A stretch of 64,000 bases of DNA, taken from Chiloscyllium plagiosum (lineage: Eukaryota). The stretch covers positions 29,236,113 to 29,300,112 of the forward strand of contig NC_057724.1 of assembly GCF_004010195.1 (NCBI RefSeq). Direction: 5' to 3'. The notes under the pieces are model-generated. The model made no database searches, was not told where the DNA came from, and saw only the letters and a program-made list of their open reading frames with translations. Numbering within the stretch: position 1 is the first letter of the stretch; the number at the start of each line of letters is the position of its first letter. Shown in pieces: positions 11,845 through 23,880 of the stretch. The translations under genes were made by a program, and so were the position numbers.

Positions 11845-12055
11845 TCCAGGTTCCTCCCACAGTCCAAAGGTGTGTAGGTTAGGTGGGTTGGCCATGCTCA
11901 ATTGCCCATTATGTCCACGTCTGTGTAGGTGAGCCATGGGAAATGCAAGGTTACAGGGATAGGGTAGGAGGATGAGTCAGTTGGGATGCTCTTGGAGAGT
12001 TGGTGAGGACTTGTTAGGCTGACTGGCCTGATTCCATGCTGTTGGGGTTCTATGA
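11845..12055 (+). mobile_element. HE1-like SINE, 5'-truncated
   Basis: Core ttcctcccacagtccaaag...ggccatgct...attgccc shared with 28288-28650. Confidence 0.7.
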
Positions 12056-12443
12056 AACTCTGCCTATAAACCTTTCTCCAGTTTGAAAATCATCCATGAA
12101 CCACTACTGTTTGTTTCCAGTCATTCTGCATCCATGTTGTTCCTGACCCTTTCACACTGTGAGTTAATTGACAACATCACATCATTAATGACTGTCAGAA
12201 ATAATGTACAAATGAAATAAAATAGGCTGCCAACTCCAAACGTGTAATCCAAAGTAACCACTGAATAATTCAGAAGAAATTTCTTCATATACCACAAGGC
12301 ATATTGAAGCAAATAGTGTAGATCTTCAGTATTATAGTTCCAGCAAATATTTTGTATAACATTACTTCCAGCAAATGGATTTGAGCTACCATTATTTCAA
12401 CAACATGTCAGGGTGGGTTTTTTCCCCACTACTGACTGAACTC

Positions 12444-12708
12444 AACAAATGAGTAACTCAACCCAGAAACTAGCTGTTAGCCATTATTGTTCATAATTGA
12501 GAGAAGGGAGAACAAGCTCAGTCACCTAATAGCCACCACACTGTTCTCTTCTTTGCTTCTTGAATCACCTGGAATGACTCAGCTTTTCCTTGGCAGTTTG
12601 CAATTTTGTACTTGTGTTGATAGCTTCATGTTTTGACAGCATTCAGATATTTCACAAGAAAATATAGAGCTGACTGTGAAAACTGTGTTTTTTAAAGATG
12701 AGAAATGG
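12444..12708 (+). repeat. Direct repeat copy 1 (partner 13452-13705)
   Basis: Near-identical from aacaaatgagtaactcaaccc to aaagatgagaaatgg, with a few substitutions and one 11-nt indel. Confidence 0.95.
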
Positions 12709-13451
12709 ATTCTCAGTTATTTGTTGCAGTACAACAGTAAATGAGTTCTGGTGTTAGTGACAAAAAAACAGTTTAGGATTAGGGTTGGTTGGAGGTTGTT
12801 TGGAAGAAGAAGAAAATTAATGAGTGTTTTTATTTTTTAGGTTGCATTAGTAATTCTATTCATATTTAGGCTCCAAGACAGTCGCTCATCTGTTTTTAAA
12901 AAGAAAAATAATTAAGTTGGTTAAAGCACAATGGTTTCTGGAGACACACCAAAATGCCCTCCATCTGATAATGTTTCTGTTAAATTTTTTTTAGTGAGGT
13001 GAATTGTGTTATCAGCAGGGAAACTGAACACTTTCCATTTTGCTATTCAGTGTCAGCATTTTGTGACAGAACATTTATAAAATGCATGTGATACAGAGGT
13101 CTCTCCTTCCTGCAATTAATTGACCTCTATATACCTCGTACTGTGTTGCCCCACTCTAATTTTTTTATTTCCATATTGGTCTCCTTTTGAGTATTGCTGA
13201 GCAAGGATGTTGTGTTGAAGCATTTCATCTTGTACTCATCAGGGCATTTTACAAGAAGGACCAAAGTAAAGGGAAATCAACATTTGTATCGTATAAATGG
13301 AGAGTACTATTTGGTTGACAAATTGCCTCTGGTAGAGACACTGCCTTGGAGAGGACACCTATTAATGATTGAACATAATTGCCAAGTTTTGTTTAAATGT
13401 TTAGACCCGGAAGGTTAACTTGGATTAATCAACGCATTGCCCTGAGAAATA

Positions 13452-13705
13452 AACAAATGAGTAACTCAACCCAGAAACTAGCTGTTAGCCATCATTGTTC
13501 ATAATTGAGAGAAGGGAGAACAAACTCAGTCACCTAATAGCCACCACACTGTTCTCTTCTTTGCTTCTTGAATCACCTGGAATGACTCAGCTTTTCCTTG
13601 GCAGTTTGCAATTTTGAACTTGTGTTGATAGCTTCATGTTTTGACAGCATTCAGATATTTCACAAGAAAATATAGAAAACTGTGTCTTTTAAAGATGAGA
13701 AATGG
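13452..13705 (+). repeat. Direct repeat copy 2 (partner 12444-12708)
   Basis: As for copy 1. Confidence 0.95.
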
Positions 13706-14124
13706 CAGTCACCAATTTTGTTGATTTGATCCTTACAGTTCACTGCAGCCACACATTTATGGCCTGCTCAGGACTCTCAAGTGATATCCCTTTATGCCCT
13801 AGCTTAATGCAATTTCCTTGTATGTCCTCATAAGCTCTAGTGTAGTTCCTGCAGTTAACTCCCAAGATGACTTCTCTGATTGGAAGAGAAGTTACCAGAA
13901 TCCTCTTGCCAGCTAATCAGCCATTTCCTCAAATTCCATTTAAATATTTTCCTGCTGGGTACAAGATGAAAAGCTTCAATAACATTTTTCAACAATACAC
14001 AAATTTTGTACTACCAAACAGTTATGCTCTTTAAAGTGAGTTTGTGCAGTTTTCATCAAACAAAGACCCACTAGAGTCAGCAAAGAGAGATGTTCATCTG
14101 TTCCCTCCAGCTGGATGTGAGAGT

Positions 14125-14405
14125 ATAGAATCCTTACAGTGTGGAAGCAGGTCATTTGGCCCACTGAGTCCACAATGACTCTCCGAAGAGCATCCCACCC
14201 CAACCCCCTCCATCATCTTGCATTCCCCATGGCTAATCCACCTAACCTACACATTCTTGGACTGAGGGAGGAAACCAGAGCACTTGGAGGAAACCCATGC
14301 AGACAGGGAGAAAGTGTTAACTCCACACAGGCATCTCCCTAGTGTGGAATTGAACCCATGTCCCTCACACTGTGAGGCAGAGTGCCAACCATTGAGCCAC
14401 CATGT
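14125..14405 (-). mobile_element. HE1-like SINE
   Basis: Reverse complement of the HE1 head (gtggctcaatggttggcact...gggttcaattcc) and core. Confidence 0.8.
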
Positions 14406-14513
14406 TGTCAGGCTCCAGGGATAAAGGTTAATGTCCTAATTCAGTATGCCATCAGTTCATTTTGACATTGTAGGAAGGAAATAAAGTCAATTAACCTCTC
14501 ATATTTTTCTTAG

Positions 14514-14633
14514 GTTGACACAAGCAGGATTGTTCACATTCATTCTGTCATCATTCTTCGCCGTTCAGATAAGCGGAAGGATCGAGTGGAAATTTCTCCA
14601 GAGCAACTTTCTGCAGCATCTACTGAAGCTGAG
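14514..14633 (+). CDS. BRCC3: BRCC3 exon 2: VDTSRIVHIHSVIILRRSDKRKDRVEISPEQLSAASTEAE
   Basis: Acceptor ttttcttag, 120 nt, followed by the U12 donor ATATCCTTT. Confidence 0.96.
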
Positions 14634-15269
14634 ATATCCTTTCAGTTGAGATTATTATTGAGATAGTTTATGGAATTCATATACAATCATGTTGTTATTA
14701 GCAAACAACTGCTGTATTAGTTACAATTAGCAGATAATTGTTTCCATATTTTATCAAGATGAGGCAATCCATGTATGGGAAAGTAAAGTGGATATTAAGT
14801 GGAGAGTAAAGCTCCCTCCCTCATCAGTTTGTGATACAATTCCATTTAATAGCGTGTGTCATTGTACCTGCTCATGTACAAAGCAGACAACTTCCACCCA
14901 AAAAAATCCATAGTTTCTGCACAAATTCAATGCCAAAATGTCAAAGCTTCTAATGATCTAAATTTGCCCTTTCATGTAGGTTCACAGATCCACAAGTACA
15001 TTGTCCCTCATTTTCATTTCATATAGTGCATTTTCATTATTTTATTACTCAACTCCATTATTGTTGTGATAATGCAGTGACTTGATTTTGGTGTTGACTC
15101 CTGTTGTTAAACTTTTTTTTTCTGCATCTATTCTGCTGAATTTCAGACTATCAGAATCAAAAGACTGGACAAGGAAGCTTGTCATTTAAATATCCCAGTG
15201 CTGGAGAAATAGTGCAATAATGATTGTAGTCGCTGAAAATATGTTGTTAATAAAATTGCAATAGTCTAC

Positions 15270-15430
15270 ACTTTAGAGACAGAAAGCTGGTGGTGAGTTT
15301 AACCAGAAGGTCACCATAACTCAGGCAGGACCTTCACCCATGGCAACCTCAGCTGATACGGGTATTGAAGCCACTGTGGCGTCACTCTGCATCGTAATTT
15401 AGCCATCCTGCCAACTGAGCTAACTGACAC
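15270..15430 (-). mobile_element. tRNA-derived SINE (related copies at about 21670-21845 and 62095-62280)
   Basis: Reverse strand shows an A-box-like gtcagttagctcagttgg and a B-box-like ttcaatacc. The body tttaacc.ga..gtcacc is shared between copies. Confidence 0.6.
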
Positions 15431-15464
15431 TCTGATGTATAATCATACTGCTGAACTGACAGTG

Positions 15465-16722
15465 ATGTTGTTCATCAACATCACGAACACCTTCCACCCT
15501 GACCTTAAGTTCACTTGGATCATCTCGGACACCTCTCTTCCCATCTGGACCTCTCCGTTTCCATCTCCGGATACCTACTTCAAACCCACCAATTCCCACA
15601 ACTACCTGGACTACCCAGAAAAGAACCCTATCCTTTACTCCTAATTCCTCTGCCTCTGCCGTATCTGCTCCAAGGAGGAACAATTCCACTCCAGGACATC
15701 CCAGATGGCCTCCTATTTCAAGGACTGCAGATTCCCCTCCTACATGATCAAGGATGCCTTTCAGCACATCTCCACTTCCTGCACTTCCGCCCTTGAACCC
15801 CAGCCCTCCAACCACAACAAGAATAGAAGCCTCCTGATCCTCACCTTCCACTCCACTAAAATCTGTATACAGCTCATTACCCTCCACCATTTCTGCCACC
15901 TACAATCAGACCCCCCCCCACCAGAGATATATTTCCCTTCCCATCCCTGTCTGCGTTCTGCAGAGACCATTCCCTCCGTGACTTCCTCATTAGGTCCATG
16001 CCCTCCATCAACACACCTTCTGATCCTGGCATCTTCCCTTGCCACTACAAGAGGTGTAAAACCTGCACCCATACCTCCCCCTCACCTCCATCCAAGATTT
16101 TTTCAGATCTAGCAGAGATTTTCTTGCATATCCAAACACCTCATCTACTGTGTCCGTTGCTCTTGATGTCTCTTCTACATTTCAGGGAACGTCTCTGGGA
16201 CATGCACCAAACAGCACCAATGCCCTGTGGCTGACCACTTCAACTTCCCCTCCCACTCCACCAAGGACATGCAAGATCTGGGCCTCCTCCGCCAAATCCA
16301 AGCCACTGACAACTAGATGAAGAACGCCTCATCTTCTGCCAAGACCTTCCAACCACACGGCATCAAAGTCAACTTCACCAGTTTCCTTATTTCCTGTTCC
16401 CCCACCTCATCCCAGATCCAAGCCACCAACTTGGCACTGCCCTCTTGAACTGTCCTACCTATCCATCTTCCTTCTCACCTATTCCGTCCACCCTCCCCTC
16501 TGACCTAGCACTGTCACCCCCCACCTGCATCTACCTATCACCTTCCCAGCTACCATCCTCCCCAGCCCCATTTATCTCTCAGCCACCCCCACGATCCTGA
16601 TGAAGAGCTTATGCCTGAAATGTCGACTCTCCTGTTCCTCTGATTCTGCCTGACCTGCTGTGCTTTCCAGCGCCACACTTTTTGACTCTGATCTTCAGCA
16701 TCTGCAGTCCTCACTTTCTCCT
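15465..16722 (+). mobile_element. Penelope-like element, 5'-truncated (RT C-terminus, GIY-YIG remnants, terminal repeat)
   Basis: ORF fragments FHPDLKFTW, YFKPTNSHNYLDY and the Cys-rich linker PCHYKRCKTC. 3' terminal repeat with CTGATGA...GAAATGTC at 16597-16624. Confidence 0.88.
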
Positions 16723-16759
16723 AGTAATCTATAGCCCACACCCTAACATACTGATTATG

Positions 16760-17405
16760 GGGAGGTGATGGCCTAGTGGTTCCATTGCTAGATTGTTAAT
16801 CCATGGACTGAGGTAATGTTTTGGGGACCCAAGTTTGAATCTGACCATGGGGTGGATTTTGAATTCAATAAAAAAAAATCTGGAAACAAGAGTCTCATGA
16901 TGACCATGTTGATTGTCAAGAAAAACCCATCTGGTACACTAATGTCCTTTAGGGATGGAAATCTGCCATCCTTCCATGGTCTTGCCTACATGCAACTCCA
17001 GATCCACAGCAACGTGATTGATTCTTAACTGCCCTCTGAGCAATTAGGCATGATCAATAAATGCTGCCCTTGCCAGATATGACCATCTTGTAAATGAATA
17101 AAATAAAAATTACATCGGTTTGAGTCCCACTGCAACAATGGTAAGATTTGAATTCAGTATGAATCTGGAATTAAAAAGCTAGCAATTATGTAAGCATCAG
17201 AAATACCCATTTCGTTCAGTAATGCCCTTTCGGGAGGGGCAACTGTCATCTTCACCTGGTCTGGCCTATACATGACTCCACATCTTGGCAATGTTCTTGG
17301 CTCTTAACTGTCCACTTGAATGGCCTAGCTGGCCACTCAGTACAAGAGCAATTAGGGATAGGCAAGTAATACTTGCCCAGCCAGCAATGCCCACATCCCA
17401 TGAAC
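16760..17405 (+). mobile_element. Two tandem Deu-domain/SacSINE-like SINEs
   Basis: Both copies carry ctaatg.cctt...ggga.gg.aa.ctg.catc...tggtct.gcctaca...actcca and a matching 3' tail. Confidence 0.65.
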
Positions 17406-17930
17406 TAGTTTTTGTTTTAGAAAATAAAAAACATTGTCTTTAGAGAATTTGCTTCATAAAAAGGAAACCAAAGAAGGTGATCTACTTCCAAATTGACATC
17501 CCACTCAATCTCCGTCTAACTCTGTGACCCCCAAATTCATGGTTCTAGATAAGCATATAAAAATGTTCAGTCTGTACATGCGTTTTTAAGTTAGATGTAA
17601 AATAAAATTTTCTAGGAGGCAAAAAGTAAAATGTCCCTCTGTGCTGCTGTATCAAAATATGATACAGGTAAATTTAAACATTTCTTTGCCCATTCAACTG
17701 AAAAGTACGTGGGCAAGATAAGAATTTTTTTTTGAAACAATCATAATATACTTTCACAATGTTATTTTTCTGTATTATTTAGATTAGGAGAAGTTGGTTT
17801 GATGTCAGAGGTTTCTGGTGAGGATTGCAATTCATTGGCTTTGTGGGTTTGCAGTGTTCTGGGGAAAATGCATCGCTTGAAGGTTATGTACTAGAGATTT
17901 CAATTACATACAATCTTTGACGACTTGCAC

Positions 17931-18018
17931 AGGTTAGCTGAAATGACGGGTCGCCCAATGAGAGTGGTAGGATGGTATCATTCTCACCCTCATATCACTG
18001 TATGGCCTTCACATGTAG
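17931..18018 (+). CDS. BRCC3: BRCC3 exon 3: RLAEMTGRPMRVVGWYHSHPHITVWPSHV(D), JAMM motif
   Basis: 88 nt. Encodes the GWYHSHP zinc ligands and the S-x2-D motif. Donor G|gtaagt. Confidence 0.97.
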
Positions 18019-18237
18019 GTAAGTGTGTGACTGAACTGGGTGGGTATCAAGTAATAGTGGAGTTAATGTAACATATGTGAGCAGTTTAAAGAGTACAAAT
18101 CCCTTGTGAGCAGTGACTTTTATCCTGTTTGCTCCTGATAGTAAACAAGATAAAAAATCAGCAGTGTATAATGAAAGGCTTGCTTAAAATGCTAACTTTA
18201 TTAACACTATCCCATGTGTTTTCAGACCTTTTTTTTC

Positions 18238-18556
18238 TGATTAGATTACTTACAGTGTGGAAACAGGCCTTTCGGCCCAACAAGTCCAGATTGACCCTCT
18301 GAAGAGCAACCCACCCAGACTCATTCCCCTACATTTACCCCTTCACCTAAAACTACGGGCAATTTAGCATGGCCAATTCACCTGACCTGCACATTTTTGG
18401 ACTGTGGTAGGAAACCGGAGCACCTGGAGGAAACCCACGCAGACACGGGCAGAATGTGCAAACTCCACACAGACAGTTGCCTGAGGTGGGAATTGAACCC
18501 AGGTCTCTGGCGCTGTAAGGCAGCAGTGCTAACCACTGTGCCACCATGTCGCCCAC
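18238..18556 (-). mobile_element. HE1 SINE, near full length
   Basis: Reverse complement of 28288-28650: tRNA-like head, core and taatct tail. Confidence 0.88.
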
Positions 18557-18749
18557 CATTTGACTGTCGAAGGTTTCATGTCTGACCTCAGTTGTATTTT
18601 CACTGGTTGATCATGGCAGGTGCTGTCATGACTATATCAACGTCAGCCAGGTGGACCTCATAAAAAATGAGTTCCCTGATTGGGGCTGTTAACATTCCCC
18701 TTCCTCCCTGGTTTTGTGATTTCAAATTCTTTTGGAGTCCATTTTCTAC

Positions 18750-19015
18750 ACTGTCTGTGTGGAGTTGGCACATTCTCCCTGTGTCTGCATTGGTGTCCCT
18801 TGGGTGCTTCAGTTTCCTCCCACAATCCAAAGATGTACAGGTTAGGTTAGTTAGCCATGCTAAATTGCCCATTGTGTTCAGGGATGTGTGGGTTTGGTGC
18901 ATTAGTTAGGGGTAAATTTAGAGTGGTAAGGGAATAAGTTGGGCGGGTTGCTCTTCGGAGGGTCGGTGTGAATTTGTTGGGCCAAATAGCCTATTTATGT
19001 ACTGTAGAGATTCTC
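18750..19015 (+). mobile_element. HE1 SINE, 5'-truncated
   Basis: Core ctgtgtggagttggcacattctccc...tcccacaatccaaagatg...gccatgctaaattgccc. Confidence 0.8.
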
Positions 19016-19537
19016 TCTGAAGAAAAGAGTCAAATTATTAAAGAGACATTTGGATATTTTAATAGGGGAACTATGAGCTCTGTAAACTGAGAGGCCTTTC
19101 ACATTTGTATTTACTATTTTGGATGATTTACATCTACCCCTAAGCCATAAGAGAGCATTTTCATGCAACATACTTACCTGTGACCTGTTGTTTAGTTTAA
19201 TTCTGTTTAAAAAGGAACAAGATTGTTTGCTGTTCACTGTGTGTACGATAGACATTTTATACTTAGGCTTTTCCAATGATTTTCTATAGGAGATACACCT
19301 CCCTGTTATGTTGGCTGATGGGATCTTAGGTTTTTGGACAAAATAAGAATGCACCTTGCCATTAAAATTTGAGTTATGTCCAAATGTGCCAATTCAGATC
19401 ATCAATGTTAAGCTCTCTTCATTGAAATAATTTAGAGTCCATTTTAGTTTCCTTGCTAGTGCAGTTAACATGGAGTAGTTTGACAAAGAAGCAAAGCTTG
19501 ATCAATACCATTCTAAACCTGCTTTTTTTTCTGTCAG

Positions 19538-19626
19538 ATGTCCGTACTCAGGCCATGTATCAGATGATGGACCAAGGCTTTGTAGGGTTGATCTTCTCCT
19601 GTTTCATTGAGGACAAAAACACAAAG
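19538..19626 (+). CDS. BRCC3: BRCC3 exon 4: (D)VRTQAMYQMMDQGFVGLIFSCFIEDKNTK
   Basis: Acceptor ttctgtcag, 89 nt, donor AAG|gtctgt. Visible within ORF 19453..19728. Confidence 0.96.
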
Positions 19627-20483
19627 GTCTGTCCCTCTATATTTTATTGTGTGTTCATTCTTTTGATGGCATTTCATGGTGGTTTAATGCTTCCTCATAG
19701 TGGAGTGAGAGAAAATCTCTGGGGCTGATTTTCCCCATTAGTAGTTAACAATTATATGCAACTTTTGTGGGACAGGCCAAATTAATAAATCTGAGTCAAT
19801 GACATCCTGAAATGGAAGTATATTACCATTCCTTCACTATTACTAAAAACATCTACCTAACAGTCCTGACTGTGGTTGTTTTAAAAAGGCAGATCACCAG
19901 CATATTGTCTAGGTAGATAGTAATGGCCAAAATACAGACCTTGCCATGGTTATCCACATACTTTGAATGAATTTTTTAAAATCCAAACTAGAGAGACTAC
20001 TATCTGTTGCACCAGTGAAATGTTTTCAATTCCCAGACAATGCTGCCTTTTTGCCTTGATGTGTGTATATACCAATTTGATATGACTTATCAATAATTTT
20101 GTGCTGTGAGCATTGGTTGAAACCGCTCCAAGCTAATTTTGTTCCTGCAATTTTACAGCTGTCAGAGGGAAACATCACAATTATCCCTTCAGTCTGGCTT
20201 AAATTTAATTACGTAACCAAAAAATGAGAGGGAGATTTACTAACTCATATTATGGAGAGTTCCAGAGCAAGGCTAATTGAGGTCTCATGCTCCTTGGCAG
20301 AGCTATTAGAATTTTAAGAAATAGTATTTGAATAGTTAATTATTAAATTCCACCCAGACTTCGTAGTAGCTCCTACCATAAAAGCCCAGTTTCAAGGGCT
20401 TGCAGGTTATATTAAGAGATCTATAGAAAATTAGGTGACACCATTAAGCAAATACATTTTACCTTTTTACATGTTTTCTTCAG

Positions 20484-20539
20484 ACTGGCCGAGTTCTCTA
20501 TACCTGTTTCCAGTCAATTCAGGCACAGAAAGGTTCTGA
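20484..20539 (+). CDS. BRCC3: BRCC3 exon 5: TGRVLYTCFQSIQAQKGS(E)
   Basis: Acceptor ttttcttcag, 56 nt, donor GA|gtaagt. Confidence 0.95.
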
Positions 20540-20914
20540 GTAAGTATAATGCAGCCTTTTATTCTGGTGAAAACAATATAAAGAGTTTTTTAATATGAAG
20601 TGATGAATTTTGTTATTATGGGGAAATAGCGAATGGAAAGCTTGCAAAGTTTCCCCATCCATGCATATATCCTTTCACATGTTTGATTACTTTGATGATA
20701 GGCTGGGATCTGATGGCTATCATTCTCTGCCATGGTTTGAACTTTGTATGAGTTAATCAATTGGAGAAAACTTCAAGATAGAGATTTATGCTCAAAATTA
20801 ATCGATAGTGGATAGGCCTATAATTTAATCTGGGATCATACAAACACCATAAACTAAGATAATAGGTTAGGAGGTCATCTGAATGTCATTAACCTTTTGG
20901 TAACTTGGTTCCAG

Positions 20915-21046
20915 GTATGAACGAATAGAAATCCCTATCCATGTAGTGCCCCATGAAACTATTGGTAAAGTGTGTCTGGAGTCTGCTGTGGAACTTCCAA
21001 AAATCCTTTGTCAAGAGGAGCAGGATGCATATAGAAGAATTCACAG
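20915..21046 (+). CDS. BRCC3: BRCC3 exon 6: (E)YERIEIPIHVVPHETIGKVCLESAVELPKILCQEEQDAYRRIH(S)
   Basis: Acceptor ttccag, 132 nt, donor AG|gtaaag. Confidence 0.96.
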
Positions 21047-21109
21047 GTAAAGTAAGAAATGATATGCATTTTTGTGTTTGAGGCATTAATTAATCAGTGA
21101 ATTGGTAGA

Positions 21110-21650
21110 AATAGTGGAGGTCCAAAGAAACTTTGGTTTCAAACTGTACACAAAATCAGAATGTCATGAACTTATACAGAAAATAATCAAAAAGGCTATT
21201 GAAATGTAGGTCTTTATATCAAGAGGATGAAGGAACAAATGGATAAAAAACATGCTTAGTCTTTTATAAGCTCTGGTTGGATCGAACTTGGAGTACTATG
21301 AACATTTCTGGGCATAACACATTAGGAAGCATATATAATAGCCTTGGAGGGACTGCAACATAAACTTATTGGAATGACATCTGGACTGCAGAAGTTAAAT
21401 CATGAGGGTATGTTATACAATCTGGTTGTGTTTCCAGAATTTAGAAGGTTAAATGTTGATTTGATGGAACTTTACAAGATAGTAAGAGGGCCAGATTGAG
21501 TAAGTTGAGAGAAACAAATTCTGGTAGTTGGAGAATGTTGAGCTGGGCATTAATCAAAAATTAGAATCAAATCTTTCAGGTCTGAAATCATGCAAAGGGT
21601 GACAGAAATTTGCTAAATGCTATTATACAACTACTATTAATGGTAGATCA
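21110..21650 (+). mobile_element. Old CR1 3' fragment
   Basis: Degenerate match to the CR1 RT C-terminal DNA (tataagctctggtt...ttggagtact...gaatttagaaggttaa). Confidence 0.55.
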
Positions 21651-23139
21651 AAATAATTGTCCGTAGTCCACAGGGGACCATAGCCATCTCTTTATGGTAG
21701 AGAGACACAATTGATCAAATAGCTTGAAGATACATCTCTGCATCAAGCATGGGGTAAAGTGAAGAGGCAGGGTCATGAATTTCCACAGCTCTTAGAGGAA
21801 ATGAATCTGCACCATTGACATTTAGCTAACTATGCCAGCCAATCCTCACAGGTCGATTGAGTATTAATTGTAAATCTGCGTATGATCAATTTTTGTTAGC
21901 CAGAAACATTAAAGGATATGGTGTAAAATCCATGTGCTGTTGTCAATGAAGTCATGTAATTTTGTTGCTACCATTTTATCCTTTGAACACATGATCATTG
22001 TAGAGAGAAAATACTGAGGTCGTAGCTGTAAAAGAATCTATATTACAATGTAGACTGAAGGATATCAGTTTATTTCCACCCCATGTAAAATTGATTTGTA
22101 TAATGGTTTTGTTAATCAATTGGTTCTGCTGATTTGATTTTTAAAAAAAATCTAAACATTTGTACTTAAAATTCTTTGTTTTCCTTTTTACAGTACTGTA
22201 TTTGACAGGCAGACAATATAATGCCAGAATAATAATACTCCCTTTGGCACCCGACATCACTATCAAGAAATTAAAAACTTGCACAATGAGTCAGATACAG
22301 ATACTTTTTCCCAACAGTGTGCCAAACCAAGACTTAAAAGAGAATGATCTATGACATTTTCGCACACTACTCATCTATATAATCTACCTTAAACTGAAAT
22401 TGAATCTAAATCTGCATCAGATTTTGTATTTGTTTGACTGAACCTAAGTAAAATATTTTTTCTCAAGCTTCATGCTCACATATGAACTTGAATTTGTCAA
22501 ACCCAATTTATTTAAGACTTTTGAAGAACCTGTCTGGTTACACTTTGAATCCCTCAGAGAGGTGAAAGAGCAGCCAACAGTCCAGTTTTATATCCAATCT
22601 TTTCTTTCTTCATGATGACCAATGTTGTGCTTCTTTTTTATTTGCAGCATTTTTGTTTTAAATGATATAATCAAAACCACTATACTTCAAAGAAATACTA
22701 CAAGGCTGTAACTAACGCATTGTTGTCCACATCAACAAAGGATTTTTCATAATGAAATTTCTATGCTTTTCTCAGAATATTTTAGTTGAAGCCATTATTT
22801 GGATGGTGTTCTTGATCTCATACAGTGGCATTTGACCTTGAGATAAAGGAGCAGAATTGGGTCATTCAACTCTCAAGACTGCTCTGCCATTTAATCATGG
22901 CTGATATGTTTCTGACCCTCATTCTCCTGTTTCTCCCTGTAACCTTCAATCCCCTTACTAATAAAGAACCTACGTATCTCTGATTTGAATACAGTAACAG
23001 TGCTGTAACAGGCACAAGCATCAGTTTTATTTATCATATGCATACAATTATGAGTCATTCCTCCACATGAGAGCAGAAAATTCAATTAATTTATTGTTCC
23101 TTATTCAAATTCCCAATTTAAATTTACTTTGCAGTGTTT

Positions 23140-23645
23140 TTATTCATTCATGGGGTGTGGGTCTCACTGCCTGGCCAGCCTTTATTGCTCGGCCTTTTAT
23201 GGGAGGCAGTGGTGTTATGGTAATGTCACTGGGCTAGTACCCTCGAAGTCCAGGCTAATTTCCTGGGGACATTTGTTCGAATCACACCAAGACAGCTGTA
23301 GAATTTGAATTCAATAAATGTCTGAATAATAGAGTTGGTTTAATCACTGTTGATTGTTGTAAAACACATCTGGCTCGTTAATGTCCTTTATGGAAACAAA
23401 TCTGCCGTTGGTGCCTGGTCTGGCCTAAATGTGACTTCCGACCCAAAACAATTGGTTGACTCTTAACTGCCCTCTATGCTATTAGTGATGGCCTATAACT
23501 ACTGCCCTAGCTTGCAATACCCACATCCCACAAACAAATTTAAAATGATATTAGTTGCCCCTTGGCAGCTGCTTTATTGAGCCCTCTGTAGTCTATTTGG
23601 TGTAGGTACCAACAAATTGCTGTAGGGAGGGAGTTCCAGGATTTT
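23140..23645. mobile_element. Deu-domain-like SINE (+) nested in a minus-strand repeat with the same tail
   Basis: A tRNA-like head ggcagtggtgttatgg...ttgttcgaatc and tail ccacatccca interrupt ttattcattcatggggtgtggg...gcccc. Confidence 0.55.
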
Positions 23646-23836
23646 GACCCAAAATCCTATTATTGGAAACAGAATAACCATAGTCTAGTGTTTTAGTAGA
23701 TTCATCTGTGATCTTCCCTGTTTTTTGGTATGGATAAAATTTGTTAATCTACTTCACATCTTGTTAACGATGTTTGTTTGTATTCAACAGAAGTTTGAAA
23801 TAAACAAAATCTGTGATCTTTTATCTTTTGTTTCAG

Positions 23837-23880
23837 CCTTACACATCTGGACCCTATAACCAAGATTCACAATGGATCAG
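23837..23880 (+). CDS. BRCC3: BRCC3 exon 7: (S)LTHLDPITKIHNGS(V)
   Basis: Acceptor ttttgtttcag, 44 nt, donor G|gtagat. Confidence 0.95.

Larger units (their letters stand above)
14634..17930 (+). other. BRCC3: U12-type (minor spliceosome) AT-AC intron of BRCC3
   Basis: 5' end ATATCCTTT; branch point TCTTTGAC at 17914-17921; 3' end ...gcAC. Splicing gives in-frame TEAE|RLAE. Confidence 0.93.
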
